A stretch of DNA of 64,000 nucleotides from the NCBI GenBank assembly GCA_011364965.1, contig RDOB01000003.1, forward strand, positions 32,001 through 96,000, in the 5' to 3' direction. Below the pieces are notes generated by a model. The model was given only the letters and a program-made list of their open reading frames with translations, did no database searches and was not told where the DNA came from. A program made the translations under genes and the position numbers. Source of the stretch: Candidatus Heimdallarchaeota archaeon. Its GTDB lineage: Archaea; Asgardarchaeota; Heimdallarchaeia; Hodarchaeales; Hodarchaeaceae. Below are positions 20,899-30,578 of this stretch, piece by piece (positions within the stretch are counted from its first letter, which is position 1; each line of letters starts with the position of its first letter).

Positions 20899-21240
20899 TT
20901 ATTTCGGGTGTTTTAATCCAGCCATAGATGATTTCAGCTTTTCTGTGGAATATCTTTCAAATTTGGTTTCATCTTGAATGGGTCTTGATATAAGATTTAA
21001 TTTGTATTCAGCGACTCTCATATTCTTTAAATTGATATGCTTTTGGATAATGCCTTCCTCTAAAAGAGTTCTCAGAGAGTATCGAATAGTTCGAGTGGAG
21101 TATCCTGTGAGATCCTTTAACTCATTAGTTGTGATAGTTTGGCCTTGTTTAAAAGCTTTAAGGATTGCAATAGTTGCAGGAGGCATAGATTTGAGTTTGG
21201 ATTGTTTTACTTCAATTGGAAATTCAGATGCAAACTTCAT
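20899..21240 (-). CDS. Winged-helix transcriptional regulator (archaeal MarR-like)
   Basis: MPPATIAIL...TTNELKDLTGYSTRTIRYSLRTLLEEGII. Confidence 0.85.
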   Translation of the reverse strand: MKFASEFPIEVKQSKLKSMPPATIAILKAFKQGQTITTNELKDLTGYSTRTIRYSLRTLLEEGIIQKHINLKNMRVAEYKLNLISRPIQDETKFERYSTEKLKSSMAGLKHPK

Positions 21241-21393
21241 TTTCTATTGATCTTCCTAATTCTTTTTGACTTATCTGTATATTAAAAGTCTTTCCAAGAA
21301 TGTAAGAAACTAATAATGTGATTGCACGTATATGCCACAAACTAGATTTTCTTCTTGAATACTCTGGGATAGAGGAAATTTCTTTGTGCAAAA

Positions 21394-21858
21394 CTAGGTT
21401 AATTCATATCTTTGCTCTAAAAAGGGATTTTCATCTGTTCCTGCATAATGATATAGAATGATCAAAGACAATAAATACAGTGAAGAAACTACTCCTAAAC
21501 CAAAAAAGGATCCTATAATTAGAAAGGTTCCAATAATAGTAGTTATCCAAATGAAAATGATCACAATATTCTTCCTCATTTGAATTCGAATCCATGCTTT
21601 TTCTGGTTCTGTTAAAGTATCAGGGAAGAATTTTGCCAACATTAATGAAGCAGTATTATAAAGGAGAAATATTGAACCAATTAGAACTTCCACAATAATT
21701 GTGGCTATAATAAGAGTCATATATATCCCCTCTCTAAAATTAAAAAAGAATCCACTTATAAATAAAAAAATCACTCCGATTAAACCGTAGAAACTCAGAG
21801 GATATTGAGACTTAAATTGTGTTATTGACAGTTTTTTTCCAGAGATCAAAGATATCAC
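21394..21858 (-). CDS. Hypothetical membrane protein (4 TM)
   Basis: Hydrophobic helices; same strand as neighbours. Confidence 0.6.
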   Translation of the reverse strand: MISLISGKKLSITQFKSQYPLSFYGLIGVIFLFISGFFFNFREGIYMTLIIATIIVEVLIGSIFLLYNTASLMLAKFFPDTLTEPEKAWIRIQMRKNIVIIFIWITTIIGTFLIIGSFFGLGVVSSLYLLSLIILYHYAGTDENPFLEQRYELT

Positions 21859-21890
21859 CTACATGAGGATTCATGAGGAACTAATAAAAT

Positions 21891-22424
21891 TTATGCAATG
21901 ATGGAATATAATAATCCCCCAATAATTGAGGCCATTCCCAATAATACACTAATATATCCCAGCATAGGAATAATTTGATATCCAAGAAAGTTTAAGGTCT
22001 GTAGGGTAATAAAATCGGAATAACGATCACCTAATCCAGGTAGAAATATTGGATTTCCAATCACGGAAAGAATGAAGAAAACTAAAAACACATTCCCATA
22101 TTCTAATAATCGTATATCTCTGATTTTGGTATTTTTGGTCTTTAATACCCGAATGATAATAATCCCTGAGAAAATAATTGAAAGCAATAAAAACGCTAAA
22201 GCTTCTATTCTCATTTGCAAAGGTCCAGCATCAATAACTATTGAACCATAGGGACGGTAAAGCCTATACCAAGGCAAAAAAATTGCTAAACTGAATATAA
22301 GTATCTGAAAACCGTTCCTAAGAAGACTGATTCTCCAGTTGAGTTTATCATAATCTGTACCGGTGATTGAGGGTATGTTCGTCCTTTCTGAAAGCCAATC
22401 CCAAAAAGAATTTTTATTTTCCAT
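21891..22424 (-). CDS. Hypothetical four-TM (tetraspan/claudin-topology) protein
   Basis: TM1-FLPW-loop-TM2-TM3-loop-TM4 (LLGMASIIGG). Confidence 0.65.
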   Translation of the reverse strand: MENKNSFWDWLSERTNIPSITGTDYDKLNWRISLLRNGFQILIFSLAIFLPWYRLYRPYGSIVIDAGPLQMRIEALAFLLLSIIFSGIIIIRVLKTKNTKIRDIRLLEYGNVFLVFFILSVIGNPIFLPGLGDRYSDFITLQTLNFLGYQIIPMLGYISVLLGMASIIGGLLYSIIA

Positions 22425-22583
22425 TAATATTCCACTGAATTAAAGGATTTGAGGATTTATTATGAATATTCATATTCGATAAACTGAATTATCTCACTAA
22501 TTCCTGAACCAAATGTCTCATTTATATGTTTATATAAGGGCAAAAAAAATATCCACACCAGAAAGAACAATTTCTCAAGTCTG

Positions 22584-23321
22584 TTATAACGTAACATTCA
22601 AAATTGTGAAGTAAAGATTAAATGAAAGATGTAGAAAAATTGCAGGAATTATTGATCGTGATCTCAAGGTAATGAAGGTATTAAATAAACCTAATAGAAA
22701 AACTAGAACATATAATACAAAATTTCCTACAAGAAAATACTTTAAGTGATAAATTGGGCCAAACCATAATGAAACAAACAATAAACTTTGAAGTTGAGCC
22801 TCCTTATAAGAGGATGGATTCCTTTTTAATAAAAAGAATAGAATTTGAACTAGGAAGATTGACCGAAATTCAAGTTCTTCGATTAAACCTAAAAATAGAG
22901 GGAAAAAAAGACGTTCAGGCCAAGCATCAACAGGAAATAGAATTACTGTATTGATTTTATCAATGGAATATAAAAGAATAGCGAATAAAATAACAATGCT
23001 CCCAATAATCATAACTAGGATATAATACGGAGCAATTTTATTTAAAATGAAATATTGTTTGAAATAAGATCGATTACACCAAAAGAAAAGCATGACAGGA
23101 ACTGCCCCGATCAATAATCCAAGCTCTGTACCTGCTTTATCTGCAAGCATATGTTCTTCTTGAGGATATAATAAGAAGAACACTTGACGAGTGATCCAAT
23201 AATATACTTTAAAAGTTCTTAATATGATTAAGATAAGGATAATTTTTATTTTCAGAGGCCAAGAGTCAAAAAGCGGAGGAATTTCCGATTCATATTGAGC
23301 CAGCAAAAAATGTAACTCCAA
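22584..23321 (-). CDS. CPBP/Abi (Rce1-like) intramembrane protease
   Basis: IEELEFR, WFGPIYH and SIIPAIFLHLSFN motifs. Confidence 0.85.
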   Translation of the reverse strand: MELHFLLAQYESEIPPLFDSWPLKIKIILILIILRTFKVYYWITRQVFFLLYPQEEHMLADKAGTELGLLIGAVPVMLFFWCNRSYFKQYFILNKIAPYYILVMIIGSIVILFAILLYSIDKINTVILFPVDAWPERLFFPLFLGLIEELEFRSIFLVQILFFLLKRNPSSYKEAQLQSLLFVSLWFGPIYHLKYFLVGNFVLYVLVFLLGLFNTFITLRSRSIIPAIFLHLSFNLYFTILNVTL

Positions 23322-23357
23322 AAGAGATTTTTATTTAAAATTGAAAAAAGAGGAGAA

Positions 23358-24938
23358 TTAAGAAGCTTCTCCTCTACTAGAATAAATTTCCTTCGAGAAC
23401 CAACACGCTACTTGATGTCCTGGAAAAACTTCGTCAAGAGTAGGTTCCTGATTGCATTTGTCCTTTGCATAATTGCAGCGATCTTTAAATCGACAACCAG
23501 GTTGAGGATTAATTGGCGTGGGGACATCTCCTCGTAAAATGATTCTTTCTTTCCTCGTTTTGGGATCAGGGATTGGGACAGCAGACATTAGGGCTTCAGT
23601 ATAGGGATGTAGAGGGCGAAGAAATAGTTCATCAGTGTCAGCTATTTCCATCATCTTTCCTACATACATCACTGCAACACGATCTGAAACATGACGGATG
23701 ACACTTAAATCGTGAGCTACTACGATATATGTTAAACCTAAGGTATTTTGAAGATCATCTAAAAGATTTAATATCTGTGCACGAATCGAGACATCCAAAG
23801 CTGACACAGGCTCATCTGCAACAATTATTTGTGGATTCACGGACAGAGCACGAGCAATCCCAATTCTCTGGCGTTGACCTCCGGAAAATTCATGAGGATA
23901 TCGATAAATATGGAATGGGGCCAAACCAACGAGATCCATAAGCTCAAGTACTTTCTGTTCTTTTTCCTTTTGATTATAAGCTAGACCATACAGATCTAGT
24001 CCTTCACTAATGATGTCATATACGGTCATTCGGGGATTTAATGAGGAATATGGATCTTGAAATATTAATTGAATATATTTTCTAAATGCACGCATTTTTT
24101 TGTCTAATGGTTCGTTTTTGTCAATTCTTTGCCAAACCACTCCTCCAATGATTAGTATAGCTGATCCAAGTAAGGTAATTATTAGCGTTGGTATATCAGG
24201 AAAGTACGGACGTCCACCAATGATTATAACCAAGAACATTAAAACCCATTCGCTTAGAACCCCGAAGACGGCAATAATAACCCCAGTTTTAGTGGTTGGA
24301 AAATCTGGTGGTCTTTTGTTCAATAAATGATATAACGGGGAAGCTAAAAACATACCTGTTCCTATGAAAGTTGTTATAGTGAAAGTAAATATCCAGATAA
24401 ATAGTAATGCTACGATGAAGGAAAGATTAGGCCAATTTCGCGTTAAACTAGCAAAGCTAATTAGCTCTAATTCCGAAGTAGCATCATTGAATATGTAAGC
24501 ACCAGAGATAATAACGGAGCCCTCATCAACGAGGGAGTTTAAGAAGGTTCCATTAATACCTGGAATGAATCTTGCAGGAATGAGAAAAGTAAGAAATAAA
24601 AAAGCGAGTCCAGTTAAAATCATAAGAATACTATAAACAAAATTTGTCCGAACAAATTCCTTACCCATTCGGGTGACATCACGATCGTTGATAATGACAC
24701 TTCCGGACGTAGGTTCTAGTAGATGAAGAAGCATTCGTCCGGTCGTAGTTTTCCCACAACCACTTTCACCCACGAGTCCAAATGTTTCTCCTTTGAATAC
24801 ATCAAATGTAATATCATCAACGGCATGAACATTTCCAACAACTGATTGTCTAATTATTCCCTCTCTAATTGGGAAAAGTTTCACAAGGTTCTTAACACTA
24901 ATGATAGGGGTTTTTGTTAAATTTGCCATTTTTTTCAC
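23358..24938 (-). CDS. dppF: Oligopeptide/dipeptide ABC ATPase (DppF/OppF) with internal 4-TM insertion
   Basis: [48 protein letters not shown] and a C-terminal Cys-rich oligo_HPY tail; ~180-aa hydrophobic insertion. Confidence 0.9.
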   Translation of the reverse strand: MKKMANLTKTPIISVKNLVKLFPIREGIIRQSVVGNVHAVDDITFDVFKGETFGLVGESGCGKTTTGRMLLHLLEPTSGSVIINDRDVTRMGKEFVRTNFVYSILMILTGLAFLFLTFLIPARFIPGINGTFLNSLVDEGSVIISGAYIFNDATSELELISFASLTRNWPNLSFIVALLFIWIFTFTITTFIGTGMFLASPLYHLLNKRPPDFPTTKTGVIIAVFGVLSEWVLMFLVIIIGGRPYFPDIPTLIITLLGSAILIIGGVVWQRIDKNEPLDKKMRAFRKYIQLIFQDPYSSLNPRMTVYDIISEGLDLYGLAYNQKEKEQKVLELMDLVGLAPFHIYRYPHEFSGGQRQRIGIARALSVNPQIIVADEPVSALDVSIRAQILNLLDDLQNTLGLTYIVVAHDLSVIRHVSDRVAVMYVGKMMEIADTDELFLRPLHPYTEALMSAVPIPDPKTRKERIILRGDVPTPINPQPGCRFKDRCNYAKDKCNQEPTLDEVFPGHQVACWFSKEIYSSRGEAS

Positions 24939-24942
24939 CTTT

Positions 24943-25929
24943 TTACAATGTTGCTGCGTAGTGACAAAATGAAAAATGTGAAGGTTCGATTTCTACATAA
25001 GGAGGTACTTGAGTAGAGCACTTCTCTGTCGCATAAGGACATCGTGGATGAAAACGACATCCACTTGGTGGAGTTATAAGGTTGGGTACAGTACCTCTGA
25101 TGACTCCAAGTCGCGAAATTTTCTTATCCATACGTGGAATAGAACTAAGCAACGCTCTGGTGTAAGGATGGTCAGGTTTGTCATAGATAGTATTAACATC
25201 TGTATATTCAACTATATTACCTGCATACATCACTGCTACATTATCAGCAATCTCTGCTATGACGCCAAGGTTATGTGTAATATAAAGAACAGCCATATTT
25301 AAATCTTCTTGAAGATCTTTAATTAAATCCAATACTTGTGCTTGAATAGTGACATCAAGAGCTGTTGTAGGTTCATCTGCTATAAGCATCTGTGGATTAC
25401 AAGACAATGCCATTGCAATCATCACCCTTTGTCTCATTCCACCAGAAAATAGATGTGGATAGTCATTAATTCTACGTCTAGCTTCAGGGATACCGACCAT
25501 TTGCATTAATTCTATCCCTTTTTCTAGAGCTTCATCTTCTGAGACATCTTGATGGAGTTTGATATTCTCAAGAATTTGATTTTTTACTGTAAAAACTGGA
25601 TTTAATGAAGTCATTGGATCTTGGAAGATCATTGAAATCTCATTTCCTCTAATTTGCCTCATTCTTTCTTCTGAAAGTTCCAGCAAATCCTCTCCATTAA
25701 ACATCACCTTACCTCCAACAATTTTCCCTGGTGGAGTAGGTACTAGTTTTAAAATCGACAAGGAAGTGATAGTTTTTCCGCATCCACTTTCCCCCACCAA
25801 GCCCAAGACTTCTCCACGATGTAGCTTGAAACTAACATCATCAACTGCCTTTACCACACCATCCTCGGTGAAGAATTGCGTTTTTAAATGTTCTAACTCT
25901 AATAATGGTTCTTCTGCAAATGTCATCAA
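24943..25929 (-). CDS. dppD: Oligopeptide/dipeptide ABC ATPase (DppD/OppD)
   Basis: [43 protein letters not shown]. Confidence 0.95.
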   Translation of the reverse strand: MMTFAEEPLLELEHLKTQFFTEDGVVKAVDDVSFKLHRGEVLGLVGESGCGKTITSLSILKLVPTPPGKIVGGKVMFNGEDLLELSEERMRQIRGNEISMIFQDPMTSLNPVFTVKNQILENIKLHQDVSEDEALEKGIELMQMVGIPEARRRINDYPHLFSGGMRQRVMIAMALSCNPQMLIADEPTTALDVTIQAQVLDLIKDLQEDLNMAVLYITHNLGVIAEIADNVAVMYAGNIVEYTDVNTIYDKPDHPYTRALLSSIPRMDKKISRLGVIRGTVPNLITPPSGCRFHPRCPYATEKCSTQVPPYVEIEPSHFSFCHYAATL

Positions 25930-25942
25930 TGTTTATCTCCTA

Positions 25943-27646
25943 TTAATTCTTCAGTCGTGGGTCTAACGCGTCTCTTAGCGCATCACCCATTAGATTAAAT
26001 CCTAATACAACAACAAATATGGCTAACCCAGGGATGGTCGCAACCCATGGAGCAAATCGTAAGGTGTTACCCGTCATCCCCCATTGAATTGCTGTACCCC
26101 ATGAAACCGCGAGAGGATCTCCAAAACCTAAGAATGATAATCCTGCTTCAATTAGGATGACTGTGGCAGTTCCTAGAGTCGTTTGAACGATTACTGGAGC
26201 AAGAGCATTGGGTAAGAGATGTTTGAACATAATTGTTACATTTGAAACTCCTAATGCTCTCGCAGCTTCAGTATATTCTAATTCTCGCAATGAAAGAAAC
26301 TGTGCTCGGACAACTCGCGCTATCCCTGCCCAACCCAGCACACCTATAATTATCGCCATGAAATATAGACTTATTTGTTCCCATAATGTAATAGCAATCA
26401 ATAATAAGAAGAAAAATGGAATGGCTAAGATAATATCTGTTAATCTCATAAGCACATTATCCCAAAATCCTCCATAATATCCCGCTATTGTACCAACGAT
26501 TATTCCAATCAATGTAGTAATTCCTTGAGCTAAAAATGCAACGGTTAGGGAGGAAGTAGCGCCCCAAATGGTTGCTGCAAGAATGTCGCGCCCTAAAGCA
26601 TCAGTCCCAAACACATGAAATTTGTTAGTGACATAAAAAACCGCTACATATGCCATCCAACCTTCATAAGTTGCAGTATCTTGATCATTCCACCCATCTA
26701 ATGCATTCCAATTCTGATTCGTGGTTCTAAGAGGATCCATCTCTGCAGGTCCAGACCGTGTAACAACATATTGATTAATTCCAGGGAATTCTATATCCAT
26801 AATTTCCGTATCCAAGACAACAGTGTAAGTTGATCCGGTTGTGATTTGGAGTCCTGCTACACTAAACCTAAAATCAATTAACCTTAGGCTAATACTGGGC
26901 CCAGTAGAGACCAAATAGCTTTGAACACTTGAAGATGCAAGATAATTTGCTGAATTCAAATCTGATTCTGCTTCATATAGATAAACCTTAAATTTGCCTC
27001 CCCATACTGATTCTGGAGAATCCACACGAACTGCTAAGAAAATAGATACGAAAGTTAACTTATTTTTAGAAGGATTTATTTGAAAGGCAATTTTTCCTCC
27101 AGTACGATAATCAATAAGAGCACTGCCATTAAATGAAGTTGGTAACCTGAGAGAACCATTTGCATTCAAATAGTCAGCTGGATCCAAAGAACTACTCCAT
27201 AATTCTTCTTCAGTAGTTTCATCAACAATACTATCAATTTTACTAAGTTGTAAATAGTGAGGAAGGGCTGTTGTTGACATACCATTTATGAAATTAAGTT
27301 TATAATTAGCATAAAAAGCAGCAACGGTTTTTTCTAAAGTACTTGCTTCTTGACTTGCAGCTGTATCTTTAGCAGATTCATAGGAAAATGGAGGTGTGAA
27401 TCGAGCTTGTACATTGGATTCTCTTGGCCCAAATGGAACCAATCTCCCCGGTCCTGCGAGGAAAGGGGCAAAAACTCCTACAAAAGTAACAAAGATTATG
27501 ATAAAAAGCCCGAAAACTCCCATTCTATGCCGACGGAATCTTCGCCAAAAAATCATAATTCGTCCTGCACGTCTTCTTTTCTCCTTTTCTTTTTCAAAGG
27601 CCTCTAATCTCTCATCGTCAATAACGATTTTTCCTTCTTTACTCAT
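25943..27646 (-). CDS. dppC: Oligopeptide ABC permease DppC/OppC with large extracellular insertion
   Basis: WRRFRRH, HVFGTDALGRD, EAARALG (EAA motif), GDALRDALDPR. Confidence 0.92.
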   Translation of the reverse strand: MSKEGKIVIDDERLEAFEKEKEKRRRAGRIMIFWRRFRRHRMGVFGLFIIIFVTFVGVFAPFLAGPGRLVPFGPRESNVQARFTPPFSYESAKDTAASQEASTLEKTVAAFYANYKLNFINGMSTTALPHYLQLSKIDSIVDETTEEELWSSSLDPADYLNANGSLRLPTSFNGSALIDYRTGGKIAFQINPSKNKLTFVSIFLAVRVDSPESVWGGKFKVYLYEAESDLNSANYLASSSVQSYLVSTGPSISLRLIDFRFSVAGLQITTGSTYTVVLDTEIMDIEFPGINQYVVTRSGPAEMDPLRTTNQNWNALDGWNDQDTATYEGWMAYVAVFYVTNKFHVFGTDALGRDILAATIWGATSSLTVAFLAQGITTLIGIIVGTIAGYYGGFWDNVLMRLTDIILAIPFFFLLLIAITLWEQISLYFMAIIIGVLGWAGIARVVRAQFLSLRELEYTEAARALGVSNVTIMFKHLLPNALAPVIVQTTLGTATVILIEAGLSFLGFGDPLAVSWGTAIQWGMTGNTLRFAPWVATIPGLAIFVVVLGFNLMGDALRDALDPRLKN

Positions 27647-27665
27647 AAGCTAAACCTCTGTTTCA

Positions 27666-28787
27666 CTAATAACGAATTCTAGGATCCAAAAATGCGTATG
27701 TTATATCAGTAACAAGATTTGAGACAATAACCATGATAGCGATTAACATATTTACTCCCATCATAAAATTATAATCTCTCAAATTAATACGTGCTACTGC
27801 TTCTCGTCCCAATCCAGGCCAAGAGAATACTGTTTCTGTCAAAGCTGCTCCAGCCAGCAAAAAACCGATTGAAAGTCCAACAACTGTAACAACAGGCAAT
27901 AAAGCATTCCTCAATGCGTGTTTATATATAACTAACCTTTCAGGAAGCCCTTTTGATCTTGCAGTCAGAATATAATCTTGTCTTAAAACTTCGAGCATGC
28001 TTGAACGTGTGAGGCGTAATACCAGAGCAGTTCCAGCTAATCCAAGGACTATTGTTGGCAAGATCATATGTGCTAGTTCATCAACTAGAAGTTCTATTGC
28101 TCCTTCATTCCCTGTCAAGGTATAACTTGTGGAACCAAGAGCTGGAAAGCGAATCCCGAAAAATATCTTATAATCAGAGAAAAGTAGAATGAACATAATT
28201 CCTGTCCAAAAAACAGGCATCGAAACACCAAATAAAGCCAAAGTTGTCCCTAAATTGTCTAATCTTGAGTAAGGTTTTCTTGCGGAAAATATTCCCAAAG
28301 GAATGCCAATCATTAGACTCATTAGCAACGATGCTAATTGTAATTTTATTGTTTCCCACGCAAGCGCTCCAATTATTGAATTAATGCTTGATCCTGTAAA
28401 GGATCGTCCCATATTCCCAAAAATGAACCCTGGTTCAAAATTAGAATCAGGAACTCCAAAATCAAGGACTCCTGTATCTTGAATAAACCTAAAAGGAATA
28501 AAAATAACAAAATTCGCAAATTCCTCAAAGAAATTCCCCCAATCCCCTACTTCGGAATTACGTCCTAAGAGCCAAAGGATATACTGTTCCATTGGTTCAC
28601 GATCTAAACCTAGATTATGTCTGATATTTGCAGCCTCTTCTGGAGACATAGTCGGATTTGTAAGCCTGAGGACGTCCACGTAGTCCGCTGGCGCGTTAAT
28701 CATTAAGGCAAATAGGATAATGGAAATTCCTAAGAATAATGGTATACTAAACAATAATCGTCTAATGACGTAATTTCTCAAACTCAT
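27666..28787 (-). CDS. dppB: Oligopeptide ABC permease DppB/OppB
   Basis: YVIRRLL, RSSMLEVLRQDYILTARSKGL, KHALRNA, LDPRIRY. Confidence 0.95.
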   Translation of the reverse strand: MSLRNYVIRRLLFSIPLFLGISIILFALMINAPADYVDVLRLTNPTMSPEEAANIRHNLGLDREPMEQYILWLLGRNSEVGDWGNFFEEFANFVIFIPFRFIQDTGVLDFGVPDSNFEPGFIFGNMGRSFTGSSINSIIGALAWETIKLQLASLLMSLMIGIPLGIFSARKPYSRLDNLGTTLALFGVSMPVFWTGIMFILLFSDYKIFFGIRFPALGSTSYTLTGNEGAIELLVDELAHMILPTIVLGLAGTALVLRLTRSSMLEVLRQDYILTARSKGLPERLVIYKHALRNALLPVVTVVGLSIGFLLAGAALTETVFSWPGLGREAVARINLRDYNFMMGVNMLIAIMVIVSNLVTDITYAFLDPRIRY

Positions 28788-29110
28788 TTTTTATTCCACT
28801 CATTTACTCTGATTTCTAAATTAAAATCTTGATTAATTTTTAAATCGATTTGTTTAGATTTACGAAGATAGAATATTAATGCTTTTATAAATAAGTACCT
28901 ATCCCTGCAGGATTCTGCAAGTTCTTTATTCAATACCCTCAAACAATTATTAGCAAAGTAATTAACCATTGTAAATACTAATGAACCCATTAAATTGTTA
29001 ACAGAGATTTTATAATCAAGCCTCAACAAATCAAGCAGATATAATTAAAAGGATAGCAATCTGGTTTAATCATTTACTATTTTGCATTTCTCTTTAGAGA
29101 AAATCCTGTT

Positions 29111-29350
29111 CTAATCTTGAACTATAACCATTGTAAGAGTGGATCGCACACCTTTAGCTTGGCGTATCTGATTTATCACCATATCTTTAAGAATCTTCAT
29201 GGTATCCGCTGATACTTTAGCCACTAGATCATAAACGCCATATACAACATAGGCTTCATCAACTTTGATTTCTTCCTTTAAAAATCGCAGTACTTCGTCC
29301 TCTTCTCCAATTTCCGCATTCACCATGACAAAAGCTGTTGGTCGGCTCAT
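29111..29350 (-). CDS. Stand-alone Lrp/AsnC ligand-binding (RAM) domain protein
   Basis: AFVMVNAE..EAYVVYGVYDLVAKV..IRQAKGVRSTLTMV; no HTH. Confidence 0.88.
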   Translation of the reverse strand: MSRPTAFVMVNAEIGEEDEVLRFLKEEIKVDEAYVVYGVYDLVAKVSADTMKILKDMVINQIRQAKGVRSTLTMVIVQD

Positions 29351-29749
29351 TAACTTTTCACGTACCTTATTTCAGATTTCCTTTAGGAAAAATGATTTTC
29401 TATCATATTTTCCTTGATAGAGACCGAATGCAAATTTCTATATTAAAAATTCTTTGTGAATAGTAAAAAGAGAATTTTGATTTTTTATGAAATAAGTTGA
29501 GAAAGTTAATAAATAAATTATAAGAGTAAAGCTACCTATAATTTGAAAACAAAAGAATGTAAAGTCAATAAATGAGTAATAAGAATGTAATGATAGGTCG
29601 TATGCTTTATTAAAACACATCTAATTAAAAAAAGGTTACAACTAAATATAGTTTAGACTAAGTAACATTCCTCCAATATAGTAATCTTTTTCAGAAGAAT
29701 TTACATTATTAAGCTAGAATTCTTTTTCTTAAATTTATCGTGATGTAAT

Positions 29750-30262
29750 ATGGAATTTAATTTAGATGAGACAATAGAACTTTTATCTCGGACTCCGAAG
29801 GTCGTACGTGATTTGTTGGGTGGACTCAGCAATAACTGGGTTGATTTTCGGAAACACAAAACAGCATTTTCCCCTTCTGAGGTCATCGGCCACCTCATTG
29901 CTGGAGAGCAAACTGATTGGATTCCTAGAATGAAAATCATGTTATCAATAGAAGGATCCAAAAATTTCCCCCCTTTTATTCGTGAAAGCTTCGATAAGCA
30001 CCTAAGTCTTGAGGAACGATTGGATCAATTCGAAACTCTTCGCATGCAAAATCTCGAGACTTTAAAAAACTCTGTATCAACAAATGATCTCCAAAAAACT
30101 GGTTTTCATCCTGATTTTGGAGAAGTTACATTACAGCAGCATTTAGCTACTTGGGTTGTGCATGATTTGACACATATTTTCCAAATTACTGAATCCTTAG
30201 CTTTATGTTACAAAGATGCAGTAGGGCCTTGGATCAAATATTTAAGACTTCTTAATGTTTAA
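29750..30262 (+). CDS. DinB/YfiT family protein
   Basis: SPSEVIGHL..E..DWIPR, HPDFGEVTL..LATWVVHDLTH. Confidence 0.88.
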   Translation: MEFNLDETIELLSRTPKVVRDLLGGLSNNWVDFRKHKTAFSPSEVIGHLIAGEQTDWIPRMKIMLSIEGSKNFPPFIRESFDKHLSLEERLDQFETLRMQNLETLKNSVSTNDLQKTGFHPDFGEVTLQQHLATWVVHDLTHIFQITESLALCYKDAVGPWIKYLRLLNV

Positions 30263-30578
30263 TAACAATTCAAATTATTATATATAGCAGGATTGGAAAA
30301 AATTAAAGGGTGTTTTTCTTTTCTAAAAATATTAACCCGCCTCTAATCACATATATTAATACATAAAGGTCTATTTTCGATTTTTATTAATTTTAATGAT
30401 TACTACAATCTTCTCAATATGAAAATTCTCATCGTACATAATTTCTATTCATACTATATCTATATAAATGATAAAAAAACCCATTTTCTCCATACATATT
30501 TTGGAGTTTTGCTACTTGAAATAGTGCAGAATCTACATTATCATTTTTTTTCTTTTTATTTGCTTTGGAGACGCGAGT

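Noticed and set aside
24110-24660. DppF insert as an intein or mobile element
   Set aside because: No Cys/Ser...His-Asn splice motifs, endonuclease motifs or terminal repeats; the insert is hydrophobic and in frame.
28784-29029. 81-aa ORF upstream of dppB
   Set aside because: TTG start, no motif, and it occupies the probable AT-rich promoter region.
29438-29620. 60-aa hydrophobic ORF
   Set aside because: Low-complexity AT-rich translation; cannot be supported as a gene.
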